In this document: in pieces, positions 43,722 through 53,811 of the stretch
How positions within the stretch are numbered: position 1 is the stretch's first letter
Layout: each line of letters starts with the position of its first letter
Virus record (IMG/VR): IMGVR_UViG_3300044701_002494
Location: 1-64,000 of that record
Reading direction: 5' to 3' (one strand)
Length of the DNA stretch: 64,000 bases
Source of the DNA: a virus
Notes under the pieces: generated by a model
Databases searched by the model: none
Told to the model about the DNA's origin: nothing
Seen by the model: the letters and a program-made list of their open reading frames with translations, nothing else
Translations under genes and position numbers: made by a program

Positions 43722-43974
43722 TTTTAGGAGGAATTACGATATCGTCAGGAGTGATCACAGCATACTTGTAATTATACAATTTACAAGTCTTTATGGCAAG
43801 GTCGTCGTCAACTTCAACAACATCCATTTCTTGGTCTTCTTGGTCTTCAAGCATCAAAGCATATCGAGTAGCATCATCTTCTTCTTCAAAGAGAAATAAA
43901 ACTTTATGTCCATATTGGTCTTGGACAGCATAAGCACCATCGTCTTTTCTATCTTTGAGCGTGAGAAGAAACAT
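43699..43974 (-). CDS. Conserved acidic hypothetical protein
   Basis: Between gp47 and gp46; GAYAV...FEEEDDATRY. Confidence 0.75.
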   Translation of the reverse strand: MFLLTLKDRKDDGAYAVQDQYGHKVLFLFEEEDDATRYALMLEDQEDQEMDVVEVDDDLAIKTCKLYNYKYAVITPDDIVIPPKNASISQD

Positions 43975-45009
43975 TTACTCTACCTCGCAAGCTTGTCGAT
44001 AAAGATCTTGAAAAATACCTTTGATGATGTTTTTATCAAATTCAAACTCTGCTTCGTCAATATAACGATTTAGAATTGACATTGTATTTTCTTCTTCATC
44101 AATCTCAAAATCTTCGTTTTCCTGAATATCAAAGTTTTCTACAATCTTGAGATCTTGGATTCCTGCCGTGTAAAGTTTGTCGATAAACTTCTCAAAATCT
44201 TTTTGTTTAGATTTTTTACGAACGATTACTTTGACAATCTTGTTTTCATATTCGGTAGTGTCGAATAGTTGGTAAGGAGTATCCTCATAATAAATGTTAT
44301 AGAATAATTTATAAGGATTGTTGATTGGAGTATGCTCTAATGTTTCCGTATCAAAAATATGAAATCCCCGAGTATCGTTCACATCAGTCCAATACATCTC
44401 ATAAGGATTACCTAGATAGAAAACTTTTCCGTTATTTGATCGAGTGTGATAGTGTCCCGAGTAGACCCTATCGAACTTCTCAAATAGTTTGCTCTCCAAA
44501 CCATGCTCCATGATGAGTTGTCGATTAACTCTAAATCCTTGGAGTTCAAGATGCCCCATCGCACATTTGCTAGTCGTCTTTTCAATAATTTTAAGAGTTT
44601 TTGTTTCATTTTCTTGATTAATCCATGGTAAAAATAAAATCTTTAATCCACCAATATTAACTTCAGTCGGGTCACTATAAGTCTTTATATTAGAATACGT
44701 CTGAAGGAGAAGTTCTGGAGAATTTACACTATTGGTATTCTTATAGTAAGTATCGTGATTACCAATAATCATATGGACTTCATACTTTTTAAGAGGGTCA
44801 AATACAACCCTCTTTGCCCATTCAAGACTTTGATAGTCAATCGACTTCCGACTATCAAAGGCATCTCCCATATGAATCACTGCCTCTACATTATTTTCTT
44901 CAAGGGCAGGAAAAAATACATTCTTGTAAAAAAGTTCGAAATAATCGTGGAGATGTTTAGACCCTTTTTTGGCACCATAGTGACTATCGGTGATAATTGC
45001 TACCTTCAT
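43975..45009 (-). CDS. gp47: Recombination endonuclease nuclease subunit (T4 gp47, SbcD/Mre11-like)
   Basis: DSHYG, GDAFD, GNHD, SGHYH. Confidence 0.95.
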   Translation of the reverse strand: MKVAIITDSHYGAKKGSKHLHDYFELFYKNVFFPALEENNVEAVIHMGDAFDSRKSIDYQSLEWAKRVVFDPLKKYEVHMIIGNHDTYYKNTNSVNSPELLLQTYSNIKTYSDPTEVNIGGLKILFLPWINQENETKTLKIIEKTTSKCAMGHLELQGFRVNRQLIMEHGLESKLFEKFDRVYSGHYHTRSNNGKVFYLGNPYEMYWTDVNDTRGFHIFDTETLEHTPINNPYKLFYNIYYEDTPYQLFDTTEYENKIVKVIVRKKSKQKDFEKFIDKLYTAGIQDLKIVENFDIQENEDFEIDEEENTMSILNRYIDEAEFEFDKNIIKGIFQDLYRQACEVE

Positions 45010-45521
45010 TTGTTGCGGTATTGAATAGCATCTTTAATCCCATTATACTCTGAACTGTGCCCAGAAAGCAAGCTATCATCAACAACCATAACCTCATCAA
45101 ACCCAGTGCGTTCAATGATCTTGGTCTTAATATCCAGTTGCTTCTTTTCCTTTTGAATTCTTCTCAGGAATGCGTAGTGAATAATCTGAGTGAAATAAGC
45201 GAAAGGATTCTTAGACTTTTCTGGATCAAAGTTATGAATGTACTGAACACAGTTTTCAATGCCATCAGAAATCATATCCTCACGGAACATATAATTCACA
45301 AAGTTTGGTTTATATGAAAGGTGAGTGGCAATCTTCAGAAAACACTCTCCAAGATAATTCGGAATGGGTGGTTTACCTTCCCAATGCTTGCCTCTATCTT
45401 CTTTAGTGGGGTTTCTATCGAACTTCTCATTGAATGACTTTTCGACCTTGGATCGATACACAATCATTGCTTCTAGAAGTTCTTTGTTGTTTACATAATG
45501 TTCTGTCTTTTTCTTAGGCAT
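45006..45521 (-). CDS. gp55: Late transcription sigma factor (T4 gp55); ORF-track coordinates
   Basis: HYVNNKE, DMISDGIENC, NPFAYFTQI. Confidence 0.93.
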   Translation of the reverse strand: MPKKKTEHYVNNKELLEAMIVYRSKVEKSFNEKFDRNPTKEDRGKHWEGKPPIPNYLGECFLKIATHLSYKPNFVNYMFREDMISDGIENCVQYIHNFDPEKSKNPFAYFTQIIHYAFLRRIQKEKKQLDIKTKIIERTGFDEVMVVDDSLLSGHSSEYNGIKDAIQYRNK

Positions 45522-45553
45522 AGCATTGGACTTATATAATATAGGTTATGCTT

Positions 45554-45629
45554 ATTATACCACAACATAGGGGGGCTTGACAAGTTATAATATTGTGTGT
45601 AGAATACCTTTGTTCTGGTTGAAGATGAG
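45554..45629 (+). promoter_or_regulatory. Back-to-back sigma70 promoters; copy 2 of the 30-bp element
   Basis: + strand TTGACA(45577-45582)-N17-TAGAATACCTTTGTTCTGGTTGAAGATGAG; - strand TGG-TATAAT for gp55. Confidence 0.65.
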
Positions 45630-45632
45630 AGT

Positions 45633-46040
45633 TTAGCTTTCTTTAAGACCTTTGAATATTCTTTCAAGTCTTTTGCGGGCATCTTCAACGGAAGAGAGAT
45701 ATCCCATCTTAGGAGACGGTTTTACTTGACCTGAAGGATTGTAAACATCAATACTATCATCATCTTCAATGTAGTTATTGTAAATATCAATCATTCTTTT
45801 ATCTGTAGTTTCAGTCATAGTAATAATCTTATCAAGTTTTATAATAAAGAAATCATCATTAGATAATTCTATCCAAGGTTTAACCTTAAGGTAAGTTCCA
45901 TGTTGATTACTATAAGATTTCATAGTTACTGGATTTTGAAGCACTAAGACTGGATCTCCATCATTCTCATCAATTAAGACTAACGATAGAATTTCTTCAC
46001 CAGATATTAGTTTTATAATTGCGTAAAATTCATCTCCCAT
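45633..46040 (-). CDS. Conserved hypothetical protein (Sm-like fold suspected)
   Basis: IKLISGEEI...KPW; between uvsW and gp55. Confidence 0.75.
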   Translation of the reverse strand: MGDEFYAIIKLISGEEILSLVLIDENDGDPVLVLQNPVTMKSYSNQHGTYLKVKPWIELSNDDFFIIKLDKIITMTETTDKRMIDIYNNYIEDDDSIDVYNPSGQVKPSPKMGYLSSVEDARKRLERIFKGLKES

Positions 46041-47503
46041 TAGTTTTTAAACGGTATATTTACAATATCATAATTAAAGTTTTCTTCATTATAGACTTTG
46101 ATCCTTTCAATTAAGTGATTGAGGGTATAGTTCTTTCTTGACTTATAGCTGATATCATCGGCAATGTCATATAGAGTTGCTTTTGTCTTATTATTTCCTT
46201 TTCTTAAAACTCTACCAATTGACTGGAGATTACGGATTCTAGATTTCGAAGGTGATGCAAAAATAACATTATGTAAATTCTTAATGTTAATTCCTGTACT
46301 AAACGTTCCATAGGATGCCACAATAATTGCATTATTTTCTTTTTCAGTAATTTCACGTACTTTTTCTCTATCTTCAGTATCAACACCACCATGCACAAAG
46401 AATACATGGCGATCATCACTGATACTTTTATTTATTAATTCGTATAAGGGTTGTCCGTGACCTTCAACACGGGCAAAGAGAATTAGAGTGTTTCCTTTTA
46501 AATCGAGAGCAAGATTCTTAATAAATTTATTTCTTTTTTCATGATTAATAATATATTGAACTTCATCTTCAAATGTTTCAAAACGGTTGGGTGGGTGTTT
46601 CAATAGAAGAATGTTAATGTCTAATGTAGCAACATGACCTTTCTTCATTAACTCATCAGTTTTAATAATCTTATAAGAAGGACCAAATAATCCCTCTAAA
46701 ACCCATTTATGAGTTTGTGATCCATCTAAAGTTCCAGTAAATCCAAATCTATATTTGCAGTCAGAAAGTTTTGTCATTATAGATACTAATGACTTTGATT
46801 TAAACTGGTGTGCTTCATCTCCTACTACCACATTAAATCGTGAGAAATATTGTCGGGGAAGTTTGTAGATGGACTGCCAGGTAGTGATAATTACCTGAGA
46901 GTTTGTTTCTCTTTCTTTTCCAGCATATATTTTGTGGCAGTATGATCCCACATCAAACCCATAATCTTCAAAATCTTTATACATCTGTTCTACAAGGGAT
47001 GTCGTTGGGACAACTACGAGAATACTTTGTCCTTTCTCAACGTAATATCTCACAATTGAATATATCATCAACGACTTTCCAGAGGCAGTTGGAGATATCA
47101 ACAACTTTCGATTATGTTTTAAAGCGTCGTATACTCCCTCAACTTGGTACTCACGGGGAGCGTACTTGCAAATAGAAGTCATATAGTCTTTCACACCTTC
47201 CTTTGAGATGTGCTCATTTACCTCAAAAGGAAGACCATAATACTTATTGTTTCGAAACTCATAAGTGTATTCGTGCTGCTCACAGAATCTTATGAGTTTA
47301 TCTAATAGACCAACGTATATTTCTCTCGTATTAACGTTAAACAAATAAATGTAACCATCCCACCACTTATTTTTGTAGGCTGGTGCAAATTTAGCATTTG
47401 GAACTTCAAATTGAAATGCGTCTCTTAACTCATAGTAGACGTGTGGATCTGCTTCAACTTGAAGAAATACCTCGTTCTTCTTTGAAATAATCAAATGTGA
47501 CAT
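46040..47503 (-). CDS. uvsW: SF2 helicase UvsW
   Basis: PTASGKS, DEAH, TGT, QSIGRVLR. Confidence 0.95.
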   Translation of the reverse strand: MSHLIISKKNEVFLQVEADPHVYYELRDAFQFEVPNAKFAPAYKNKWWDGYIYLFNVNTREIYVGLLDKLIRFCEQHEYTYEFRNNKYYGLPFEVNEHISKEGVKDYMTSICKYAPREYQVEGVYDALKHNRKLLISPTASGKSLMIYSIVRYYVEKGQSILVVVPTTSLVEQMYKDFEDYGFDVGSYCHKIYAGKERETNSQVIITTWQSIYKLPRQYFSRFNVVVGDEAHQFKSKSLVSIMTKLSDCKYRFGFTGTLDGSQTHKWVLEGLFGPSYKIIKTDELMKKGHVATLDINILLLKHPPNRFETFEDEVQYIINHEKRNKFIKNLALDLKGNTLILFARVEGHGQPLYELINKSISDDRHVFFVHGGVDTEDREKVREITEKENNAIIVASYGTFSTGINIKNLHNVIFASPSKSRIRNLQSIGRVLRKGNNKTKATLYDIADDISYKSRKNYTLNHLIERIKVYNEENFNYDIVNIPFKN

Positions 47504-47536
47504 TCATAACATATCAGTTATGATTATTTATTTCTG

Positions 47537-47974
47537 TTAATTAAACCCTGCTTGGAAACGGTTCCATTCAATTGCGTTCTTGATTTGAAAAGTTCTATTA
47601 GAAACTGTCTTGATAATCTCCTCAAGAAACTTCAACATAATGTCATAGTATCTGATTTTAAGATCTATTTTATTCAGTCTCTCATCAGCATCCAGATGCC
47701 TCTGTAACGCCTCTTTGTCTCTAACTTTATATGGGAATGGTTCTTCAACATAAACCTCTGCTGGTGCCTTTCCTGTGTAGTAGTTGTATCTTTCTAATTT
47801 GGCCCTACTATAAGTTTCTCTTGCCTTTTCTCTCAGGAGAGTGATTGTATTGTATATGGTATAATATTTGGAATGAAGTTGTGGAATTTTTAAAGATTCA
47901 TCGTGCAAGTTATCAGGATCAATGACAGAATCTTTCTGCCACATTTCCTGAAGTTTTTCCAAATCAATTGACAT
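47537..47974 (-). CDS. uvsY: Recombination mediator UvsY
   Basis: ESLKIPQLHSKY, RTFQIKNAIEW. Confidence 0.9.
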   Translation of the reverse strand: MSIDLEKLQEMWQKDSVIDPDNLHDESLKIPQLHSKYYTIYNTITLLREKARETYSRAKLERYNYYTGKAPAEVYVEEPFPYKVRDKEALQRHLDADERLNKIDLKIRYYDIMLKFLEEIIKTVSNRTFQIKNAIEWNRFQAGFN

Positions 47975-48644
47975 TTAATAATTTCCCCAAACACCATTCT
48001 TCTCCTGGACATTCTACATTTCTTTTGTTTATTTGTCCATTATTCCACCATTTTGTTCCTTTTTGTGAGGGTGGATAATGTTTTTTATCTTTATGTGCTC
48101 TACTTATTTTATCTTTGGTTTTTTGACTGCAAGTACCTTTTTTAATACCTATGTGAGATTCAGTTAATTTTTTCTTATGTTCTTCTGTGAGTTTTTTTCC
48201 TTTATGTGCTTTACTTATTTTATCTTTAGTTTCTTGTGTGTGAGGTTTTCCTCTTTTATTACCTCTCATAATTTGGGATAATTTTTTCCTACCCTCTTCA
48301 CTTATTACAGGACCATTTCTTCCCTTCATTTTTTCACTTTGTTTCTTTTTTTGATTTTCTGTTGCTATTCTTCCAGAAGATCCATCCCCACCATTAGTTC
48401 TGTTATGAAGAATACCTGTTTCTAAATCTTTTCTACCAAAAACAGCAATCATATAGATCTCGTGTTTGAATGCTTGTTCTTCTGTAAGATTTTTCTTTAA
48501 AAATAAAATTCTATTTTTTGGTGGGACATATACATTATTATGGTTTTTATTATATGCTCTAGATTTCTCACCTTTTCCAACATAGTACGGAGTACCGTTT
48601 TTACGCAAATATGCGTAGGTATAGAACCTTTTTTGGTCTTTCAT
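47964..48644 (-). mobile_element. Free-standing GIY-YIG-type homing endonuclease gene with NUMOD3-like repeats
   Basis: YTYAY...PYYVGKG..R, NRTNGGDG, HTQETKDKIS / TEEHKKKL repeats, KWWNNG. Confidence 0.8.
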
Positions 48645-48646
48645 CT

Positions 48647-48745
48647 GCTTCTATTTTGGTTGGCATTACTATTTATAATAAAATAGGGTAGATTTCTCTA
48701 CCCATCTCTAAAAAGCGCCAACCAATTAGAGCAAAATTATTTATA
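48647..48745 (-). promoter_or_regulatory. Twin late promoters with inverted repeat and internal terminator controlling the homing endonuclease
   Basis: TATAAATA at 48745-48738 and 48677-48670; arms 48732-48717 / 48664-48647; GGGTAGA-GAAA-TCTACCC. Confidence 0.7.
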
Positions 48746-48750
48746 AAGAT

Positions 48751-49296
48751 TCATAAAGGATTTCCATCAGTTCCTAGAATATTATATACAGTATACTTGA
48801 AAGTTACCTCTGCTGTAAAGTATTGAATGTCAGTTTGTGTTGCATCAAATTCTAAAGATGATAAAGAAAAGGGAAATAAATCTTTAAATTTTATAATTGA
48901 TATTGTATTGAAATTACTATTTAAAATGTAAAGACTTCCGTCACTAAATGCTTCTTTTGAATCTTGAACTCCATTTTCTGTAATTAAATCTCTATATTGC
49001 TGTGTTGTTTCTGGGAAACCCAAACCAGTAATCCAATTATGTATTGACACATAATTTTCCATATTTTCATCAACTAAAAATCTAATGTTCAAATCACCAT
49101 AAGTTGGTTTTGTTCCTGGAACATCAAGATCCTTAAGGTATGATGGTTGAATAACAGATGTTAAAGAAATCTCTGGAATTCTAGCTGAATTGCAAAAAAA
49201 TCCAACCTTAGGATATTTTGCAATGGTAAGTTTAAATCCTACAGGAGAAAGAAAATTTCTATTTGCAATTTGATTTGGAAAATTACAATTCGCCAT
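48751..49296 (-). CDS. gp3: Tail completion / sheath stabiliser (T4 gp3-like)
   Basis: NFLSPVGF, FLVDENMENY, FKDLFP.SLS; position after gp23. Confidence 0.85.
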   Translation of the reverse strand: MANCNFPNQIANRNFLSPVGFKLTIAKYPKVGFFCNSARIPEISLTSVIQPSYLKDLDVPGTKPTYGDLNIRFLVDENMENYVSIHNWITGLGFPETTQQYRDLITENGVQDSKEAFSDGSLYILNSNFNTISIIKFKDLFPFSLSSLEFDATQTDIQYFTAEVTFKYTVYNILGTDGNPL

Positions 49297-49718
49297 TATT
49301 TTTTCTTAGTTGGAACTATTTTTGGAATATTCATATTCACTTTAACTCCTAAATCAGGAATTTTTGGTTTTGGTTTTTCTTTTGGTATTGGTGTAACATC
49401 AAGATCTCTTACACCAAACTGTTTATAATCTTTATATCCAAGATCTTTTGTTGTTTGTGTAGTTAAGTCAAATTTACGATCTCCGTGATATGGACCCCTA
49501 TCAACAACAGGTGCAACAACAGATCTGCCGCTTTTAGGATCGGTAATTTTTACTTTGCTTCCCAATGGCAATGTTTTATGAGCAACTCCCCTAGTTGTGG
49601 GTGATAATTTTATACCAGAAGCAGTTGGATTTCCATATAATCCTGGACCATAAGAACTTGTTGATACTATTGCACCAAAAGGAATTGCTTCTTTTAAAAA
49701 TTCCTTAAAAGTTTTCAT
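49296..49718 (-). CDS. RlpA-like double-psi beta-barrel lytic transglycosylase with capsid-targeting-like leader
   Basis: GNPTASG, AHKTLPLGS, VVDRGPY, DLT; N-terminus MKTFKEFLKE. Confidence 0.85.
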   Translation of the reverse strand: MKTFKEFLKEAIPFGAIVSTSSYGPGLYGNPTASGIKLSPTTRGVAHKTLPLGSKVKITDPKSGRSVVAPVVDRGPYHGDRKFDLTTQTTKDLGYKDYKQFGVRDLDVTPIPKEKPKPKIPDLGVKVNMNIPKIVPTKKK

Positions 49719-49740
49719 TCTTTTTTATTTCTATTTAGAT

Positions 49741-49768
49741 AAAAAAAGACCCTCCCAAAGGAGGGTCT
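49741..49768 (-). terminator. Intrinsic terminator after gp23
   Basis: AGACCCTCC-TTTG-GGAGGGTCT followed by T run. Confidence 0.85.
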
Positions 49769-49788
49769 GATGAGTGTGTGAATTTAAA

Positions 49789-51174
49789 TCACATAAGGTT
49801 AGCAACCTTAACTCTTCTGTAGTAAACGTTAGCGTTGGTGGTAAGAGCACCTACACCAGCGTCAATACCCTGAGCGAATGGGTTAGCAACCATACCATAA
49901 CGAGTCTTAAATCCGATCTTGGGCTGGAAGGTGTTCTCTCCAACTGCACGAACCATCTGCAGAGGAACATATGGGCAGTAGAAAATACCTGCATCATATG
50001 GGCTAGAACCCTTATATCCAACAACGTAGAACTGGTTAGCAGCAACGTTTGCAGAATATGGATCAATATAAACGCGATACTTACCTTGGAGAACACCAGC
50101 AAAGGTGTTACCAGTGTCATCAACGTTCAGGTTAGCGTTGAGAGCTGGGGTGTAATCGAGAACACCAGCCATTGCAAGTGCTGAAGCAACGTCAGCAGAG
50201 CAAAGGATAGTGTTGCCCTTTCCTCTACGAGTTTGCTGTGCAATTGCGTTTGCATCACGCTCGATTTGGAAAATAAGACCCTTGAACTTCTCAACAGACC
50301 AACGACCGTTAGAGTCAACGTCGAGGTCAAAAGTTCCTGCGGTAGCAGTATTTACTTGAGCACCAGGCTTAGCAACCTTATAGATTGTTCTGATAACTTC
50401 ACGGTTAATTTCAGCAAGAATTTCAGTGCTGAGGATGTTAGCAAGCTCAGCTTCTGCATTCAGACCATGAATTGCTTTCAGATCCTGAGCAAGCTCAAGG
50501 CTGTATTCTGCTTTCAGAGCACGACTCTTAGCAGTAACAGTAACCTTCTCGATTGAGAAAGCCATCTGGTTGAACTGATCAGATTCGCCAAGCGATTCTG
50601 CATTGTCAGTTCTCATACCCTGACCAACATTATATGCTTGTTGGTTGGCGTTGGTAGCATCAAGGATTGAAGGGTTGCTGCCAGCTTGTGCAGTAGTACC
50701 CATACCAACAGTGCCATTTGTCCATCCTTCGGTTTGATCGAACGATGCACTCTGACCAGAGAATGCCGAATCTACTTCATTGTAGAAGGTTTCGGTTCCA
50801 GACTGGTTGGTATAACGTGAACGCATTGCGAAGATCAGTCCGGTAGGACCGTTCATTGGTTGAACGCCACAAAGATCGTAAGCGATCAGATTGGGCATTG
50901 AGCGGCGAATTAAGGAAATTAGAACAGGGTCGAAACCTTGCATTGCGCCAGTTGAAGCACCACTTAGACCTGTACCAGATCCAGTTGAAGTACTGGTGAA
51001 GTTGGTTGGTGCCTCGTAAAGAAACTCACGCTCTTCGCGGAGTGCTCTCTCTTGGTTTTCGAGCAGAATAGCGGTTACAGCTCTACGATGAGAATCTTTG
51101 ATTGAATCAAGACCTTCATAGTCAAGGAGCGGTGCCCACTTCTCCTGCAGTTGTTCGGTATTGAACATTTGCAT
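49789..51174 (-). CDS. gp23: Major capsid protein (T4 gp23)
   Basis: LLENQE, DPVLISLIRR, VQPMNGPTG, YCPYVPLQM, GFKTRYG. Confidence 0.98.
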   Translation of the reverse strand: MQMFNTEQLQEKWAPLLDYEGLDSIKDSHRRAVTAILLENQERALREEREFLYEAPTNFTSTSTGSGTGLSGASTGAMQGFDPVLISLIRRSMPNLIAYDLCGVQPMNGPTGLIFAMRSRYTNQSGTETFYNEVDSAFSGQSASFDQTEGWTNGTVGMGTTAQAGSNPSILDATNANQQAYNVGQGMRTDNAESLGESDQFNQMAFSIEKVTVTAKSRALKAEYSLELAQDLKAIHGLNAEAELANILSTEILAEINREVIRTIYKVAKPGAQVNTATAGTFDLDVDSNGRWSVEKFKGLIFQIERDANAIAQQTRRGKGNTILCSADVASALAMAGVLDYTPALNANLNVDDTGNTFAGVLQGKYRVYIDPYSANVAANQFYVVGYKGSSPYDAGIFYCPYVPLQMVRAVGENTFQPKIGFKTRYGMVANPFAQGIDAGVGALTTNANVYYRRVKVANLM

Positions 51175-51221
51175 TTGATTTTACCTCTTTAAAAATTTAA
51201 GTTTGACCTATGATTTAAAAA

Positions 51222-52394
51222 TCACTTTTTAGAAGCTCTGCTGAGAACTGATAGATATGCCCCCATTGAACCCTCAATTGGTTGAGGATTTAATGTAGTT
51301 TCCTCAGAAAGATTTTCAGCAGTATTTCTTTGAGTACCAGCAGTTCTGGTTGGGAAATATGATTCCCTTAGAGTTACTAGTTTCTCACGATAGTTCTCTT
51401 CACCATCAAACTCAACATTTTCAGCAAGAGAAGCGAGTTTGTCCTTCTGAGAAAGTGCAAGACCCTCAGCGACATCTGCAAAGATTACATCAGCAACAGA
51501 CTCTGCTAATCTTCTATTTAGAGCAACGTTTCTTTCGATTTGCTCGTTGAGTTTTTCTTCCATTTCATCAAGTTTATCTACCATACTCTCGATTACATCA
51601 TATCTATCTTCAGGGATTGTTACATAATGATCTTCAAAAAGTTGCTTCATTCCATTGAGGAATGACTCAGTCATTTCAGTCTTAAGACCGTGCTCAACTG
51701 CAAGTGCATTCTCTTGAATCCACTCATCAGCAACATACTCAAGGTATGCATCAACACGATCAGTTAAACTTTCTTTAATATCTTGTAGTTCTTCTACAAG
51801 AGCAACAGCATATGATTCTTCAAGTTGCTCTTTGATTTCCGAAACTTTTGAGCGAATTGCTGCTTCAAAAATAGTGCGTGCTTTCTCTTGGAATTCCTCG
51901 GAAAGATCTTCACCGGCAAGAAGAGCATTTACATCTTCTTCGATGTCAAAGTTTTCTTTAACTTCTTTCTCATCCTCTTCATCCTCATCCTCTTCCTCCT
52001 CATCCTCTTCCTCTTCTTCTTTCTTTTTAGCTTCTGCTACAACCTCTTCCCCATCCTCAGAAACTTCATCTTCAGAAACTTCGTCTTCGACAAGTTCATC
52101 TTCGTCTTCGACTTCTTCTTTAGCAAGAGTATGCATTGGTTCAGCAGCAGATGCCTTAGCATTAACAACATCTCTTACTTGAGCAAGAGTTGCTCCAGGA
52201 GTTTTTAATTCTGCTGAAGAATCATCTGGACGATAATTTTCTGGAGTAGGACCACCTAAATCTTCCCAACCACCAGTTTGTCCTGGAGTAGCAACTCCAG
52301 AAGCATTTTGGGCAATGTTATGCATTGGTTCGGCAGGTGCAGCCCCTTTGGTTACTACGTTTTCCATTTCTTGTAAATTTCTACCAACGGACAT
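51222..52394 (-). CDS. gp22: Prohead core scaffold protein (T4 gp22)
   Basis: LSEEFQEKARTIFEAA, YLEYVADEW; acidic. Confidence 0.92.
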   Translation of the reverse strand: MSVGRNLQEMENVVTKGAAPAEPMHNIAQNASGVATPGQTGGWEDLGGPTPENYRPDDSSAELKTPGATLAQVRDVVNAKASAAEPMHTLAKEEVEDEDELVEDEVSEDEVSEDGEEVVAEAKKKEEEEEDEEEEDEDEEDEKEVKENFDIEEDVNALLAGEDLSEEFQEKARTIFEAAIRSKVSEIKEQLEESYAVALVEELQDIKESLTDRVDAYLEYVADEWIQENALAVEHGLKTEMTESFLNGMKQLFEDHYVTIPEDRYDVIESMVDKLDEMEEKLNEQIERNVALNRRLAESVADVIFADVAEGLALSQKDKLASLAENVEFDGEENYREKLVTLRESYFPTRTAGTQRNTAENLSEETTLNPQPIEGSMGAYLSVLSRASKK

Positions 52395-52436
52395 TTGTTT
52401 TAGATTGTGAATATTTAATCTATATTTATTTATAAA

Positions 52437-53087
52437 TTATAGATTTGAAAGAAATTCTTGGAACAATTGAACTTTATGTTCTTGAAGAATTCTTTCATCA
52501 ACTAGAGTATTAATTCTACGCTTTGTTGACTCTACAAATTGCTCACGGAGAATTCCGCCATCCCAAATCCATTCCTTTCCTTCCATAATTCCCTGAACAA
52601 ATGCATCAGGAGCAGAAGGATCGGCAACAATATCAGCAGCAGTTGCTAACATAAAATCTTCACCAACGATCTTATGACCTTCATTGGTTATTTTAAGTGA
52701 GCCTACACCACGAGAAGAAACACCAAGACAAACTCCTTCACTGATAAGAGATTTTGCAATCTTACCCATTGGTGTTTCAAGAAGTTTTGCTTTTCCAATA
52801 AAGTTGTTACCATCTCTATAAAGCTCACAAATTTTATGTGAAACACGATCAAGATTTACGGTAGGTCCATCAGGGTGTCCAAGTTCTCCAAGAGCACGAC
52901 CTTTTACAACAAAATTTTCATTATAACGATTTACTTCTCTTTCCATAACAGAAAGAGGATACATTCTACCATTTCTGTTAACTTGTTCTGCTTGCAAGAA
53001 AATGCCTTTGATATAGCACTGTTTATTAGTGCCTTTACCTTCGGTAATAAATTCTACTTTTTGAATTTCTTCTGTGATGAGTTTCAT
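52437..53087 (-). CDS. gp21: Prohead protease (T4 gp21)
   Basis: NRNGRMYP, GELGHP, GVSSRG, DIVADPSAP. Confidence 0.95.
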   Translation of the reverse strand: MKLITEEIQKVEFITEGKGTNKQCYIKGIFLQAEQVNRNGRMYPLSVMEREVNRYNENFVVKGRALGELGHPDGPTVNLDRVSHKICELYRDGNNFIGKAKLLETPMGKIAKSLISEGVCLGVSSRGVGSLKITNEGHKIVGEDFMLATAADIVADPSAPDAFVQGIMEGKEWIWDGGILREQFVESTKRRINTLVDERILQEHKVQLFQEFLSNL

Positions 53088-53089
53088 TT

Positions 53090-53617
53090 TTATTCGGAAA
53101 CTAATTGAACTACTTCTGATATACTTATACTTGTTGCAGTGCTTGCTGCAAGTGCAGCAACTTTTACACTTCTAGATACTGTTGCACCAGTTACTGTAAT
53201 GACACCAACTACCGATGAGGTATTTGCTGCGATTGTTATTGAAGAATCAGTTGCGGATGTAATTTCTTGGTGAACTGTATTAATTCCAGAAGGTTGTGCA
53301 TTTTCAATGGTAACATAATCACCAATCAAGAAAGGATTTCCTGCATTGTTTGAAAAAGTAATTACTGTGCTTGTTCCAGTTGTAATTCCAGAAATTTGTT
53401 GCCTAGCAATTCTTTCTTTTATAACTTCAGCATTATATGGCGGTATATGAAAAGAATCTGATGTTACTGTAGGATTTGAACCAATATCTACATAAACTGA
53501 TGTTAATCCTGTAGAAACTCTAATATATCCACTTTTTAATGCAATAGGATTACTAGTCGCAGCTACAGATACTGTGGGAGAAATTGCACCTACATTTTGA
53601 ACTATTTTAATTGCCAT
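53090..53617 (-). CDS. Putative virion structural protein
   Basis: T/S/V-rich, lies in head operon. Confidence 0.7.
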   Translation of the reverse strand: MAIKIVQNVGAISPTVSVAATSNPIALKSGYIRVSTGLTSVYVDIGSNPTVTSDSFHIPPYNAEVIKERIARQQISGITTGTSTVITFSNNAGNPFLIGDYVTIENAQPSGINTVHQEITSATDSSITIAANTSSVVGVITVTGATVSRSVKVAALAASTATSISISEVVQLVSE

Positions 53618-53784
53618 TATTCAGCATCTCCTTCGTTTGAATTATCTCCAAACATAATATTTGCAACCTCTGGACGAAGATAATTAATTCTATCTGCCGC
53701 TTTAGCAAATAAAATATTTTTAATGCCGTCAGAAATTTCTGAGGCACTACTGTCAGTTGCAATCAAATCGATAAGATCTTCCAT
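53617..53784 (-). CDS. 55-aa small prohead-core-like protein (MEDLIDLIATDSSASEISDGIKNILFAK...)
   Basis: Hand translation; late promoter 53809-53816; T4 gp67 position. Confidence 0.65.
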   Translation of the reverse strand: MEDLIDLIATDSSASEISDGIKNILFAKAADRINYLRPEVANIMFGDNSNEGDAE

Positions 53785-53811
53785 AAATTATTTTTACAAA
53801 TATGAAACTAT

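Noticed and set aside
51960-52120. TCC/TCT/TCA-rich low-complexity tract
   Set aside because: Encodes the ordinary poly-Glu/Asp region of scaffold gp22.
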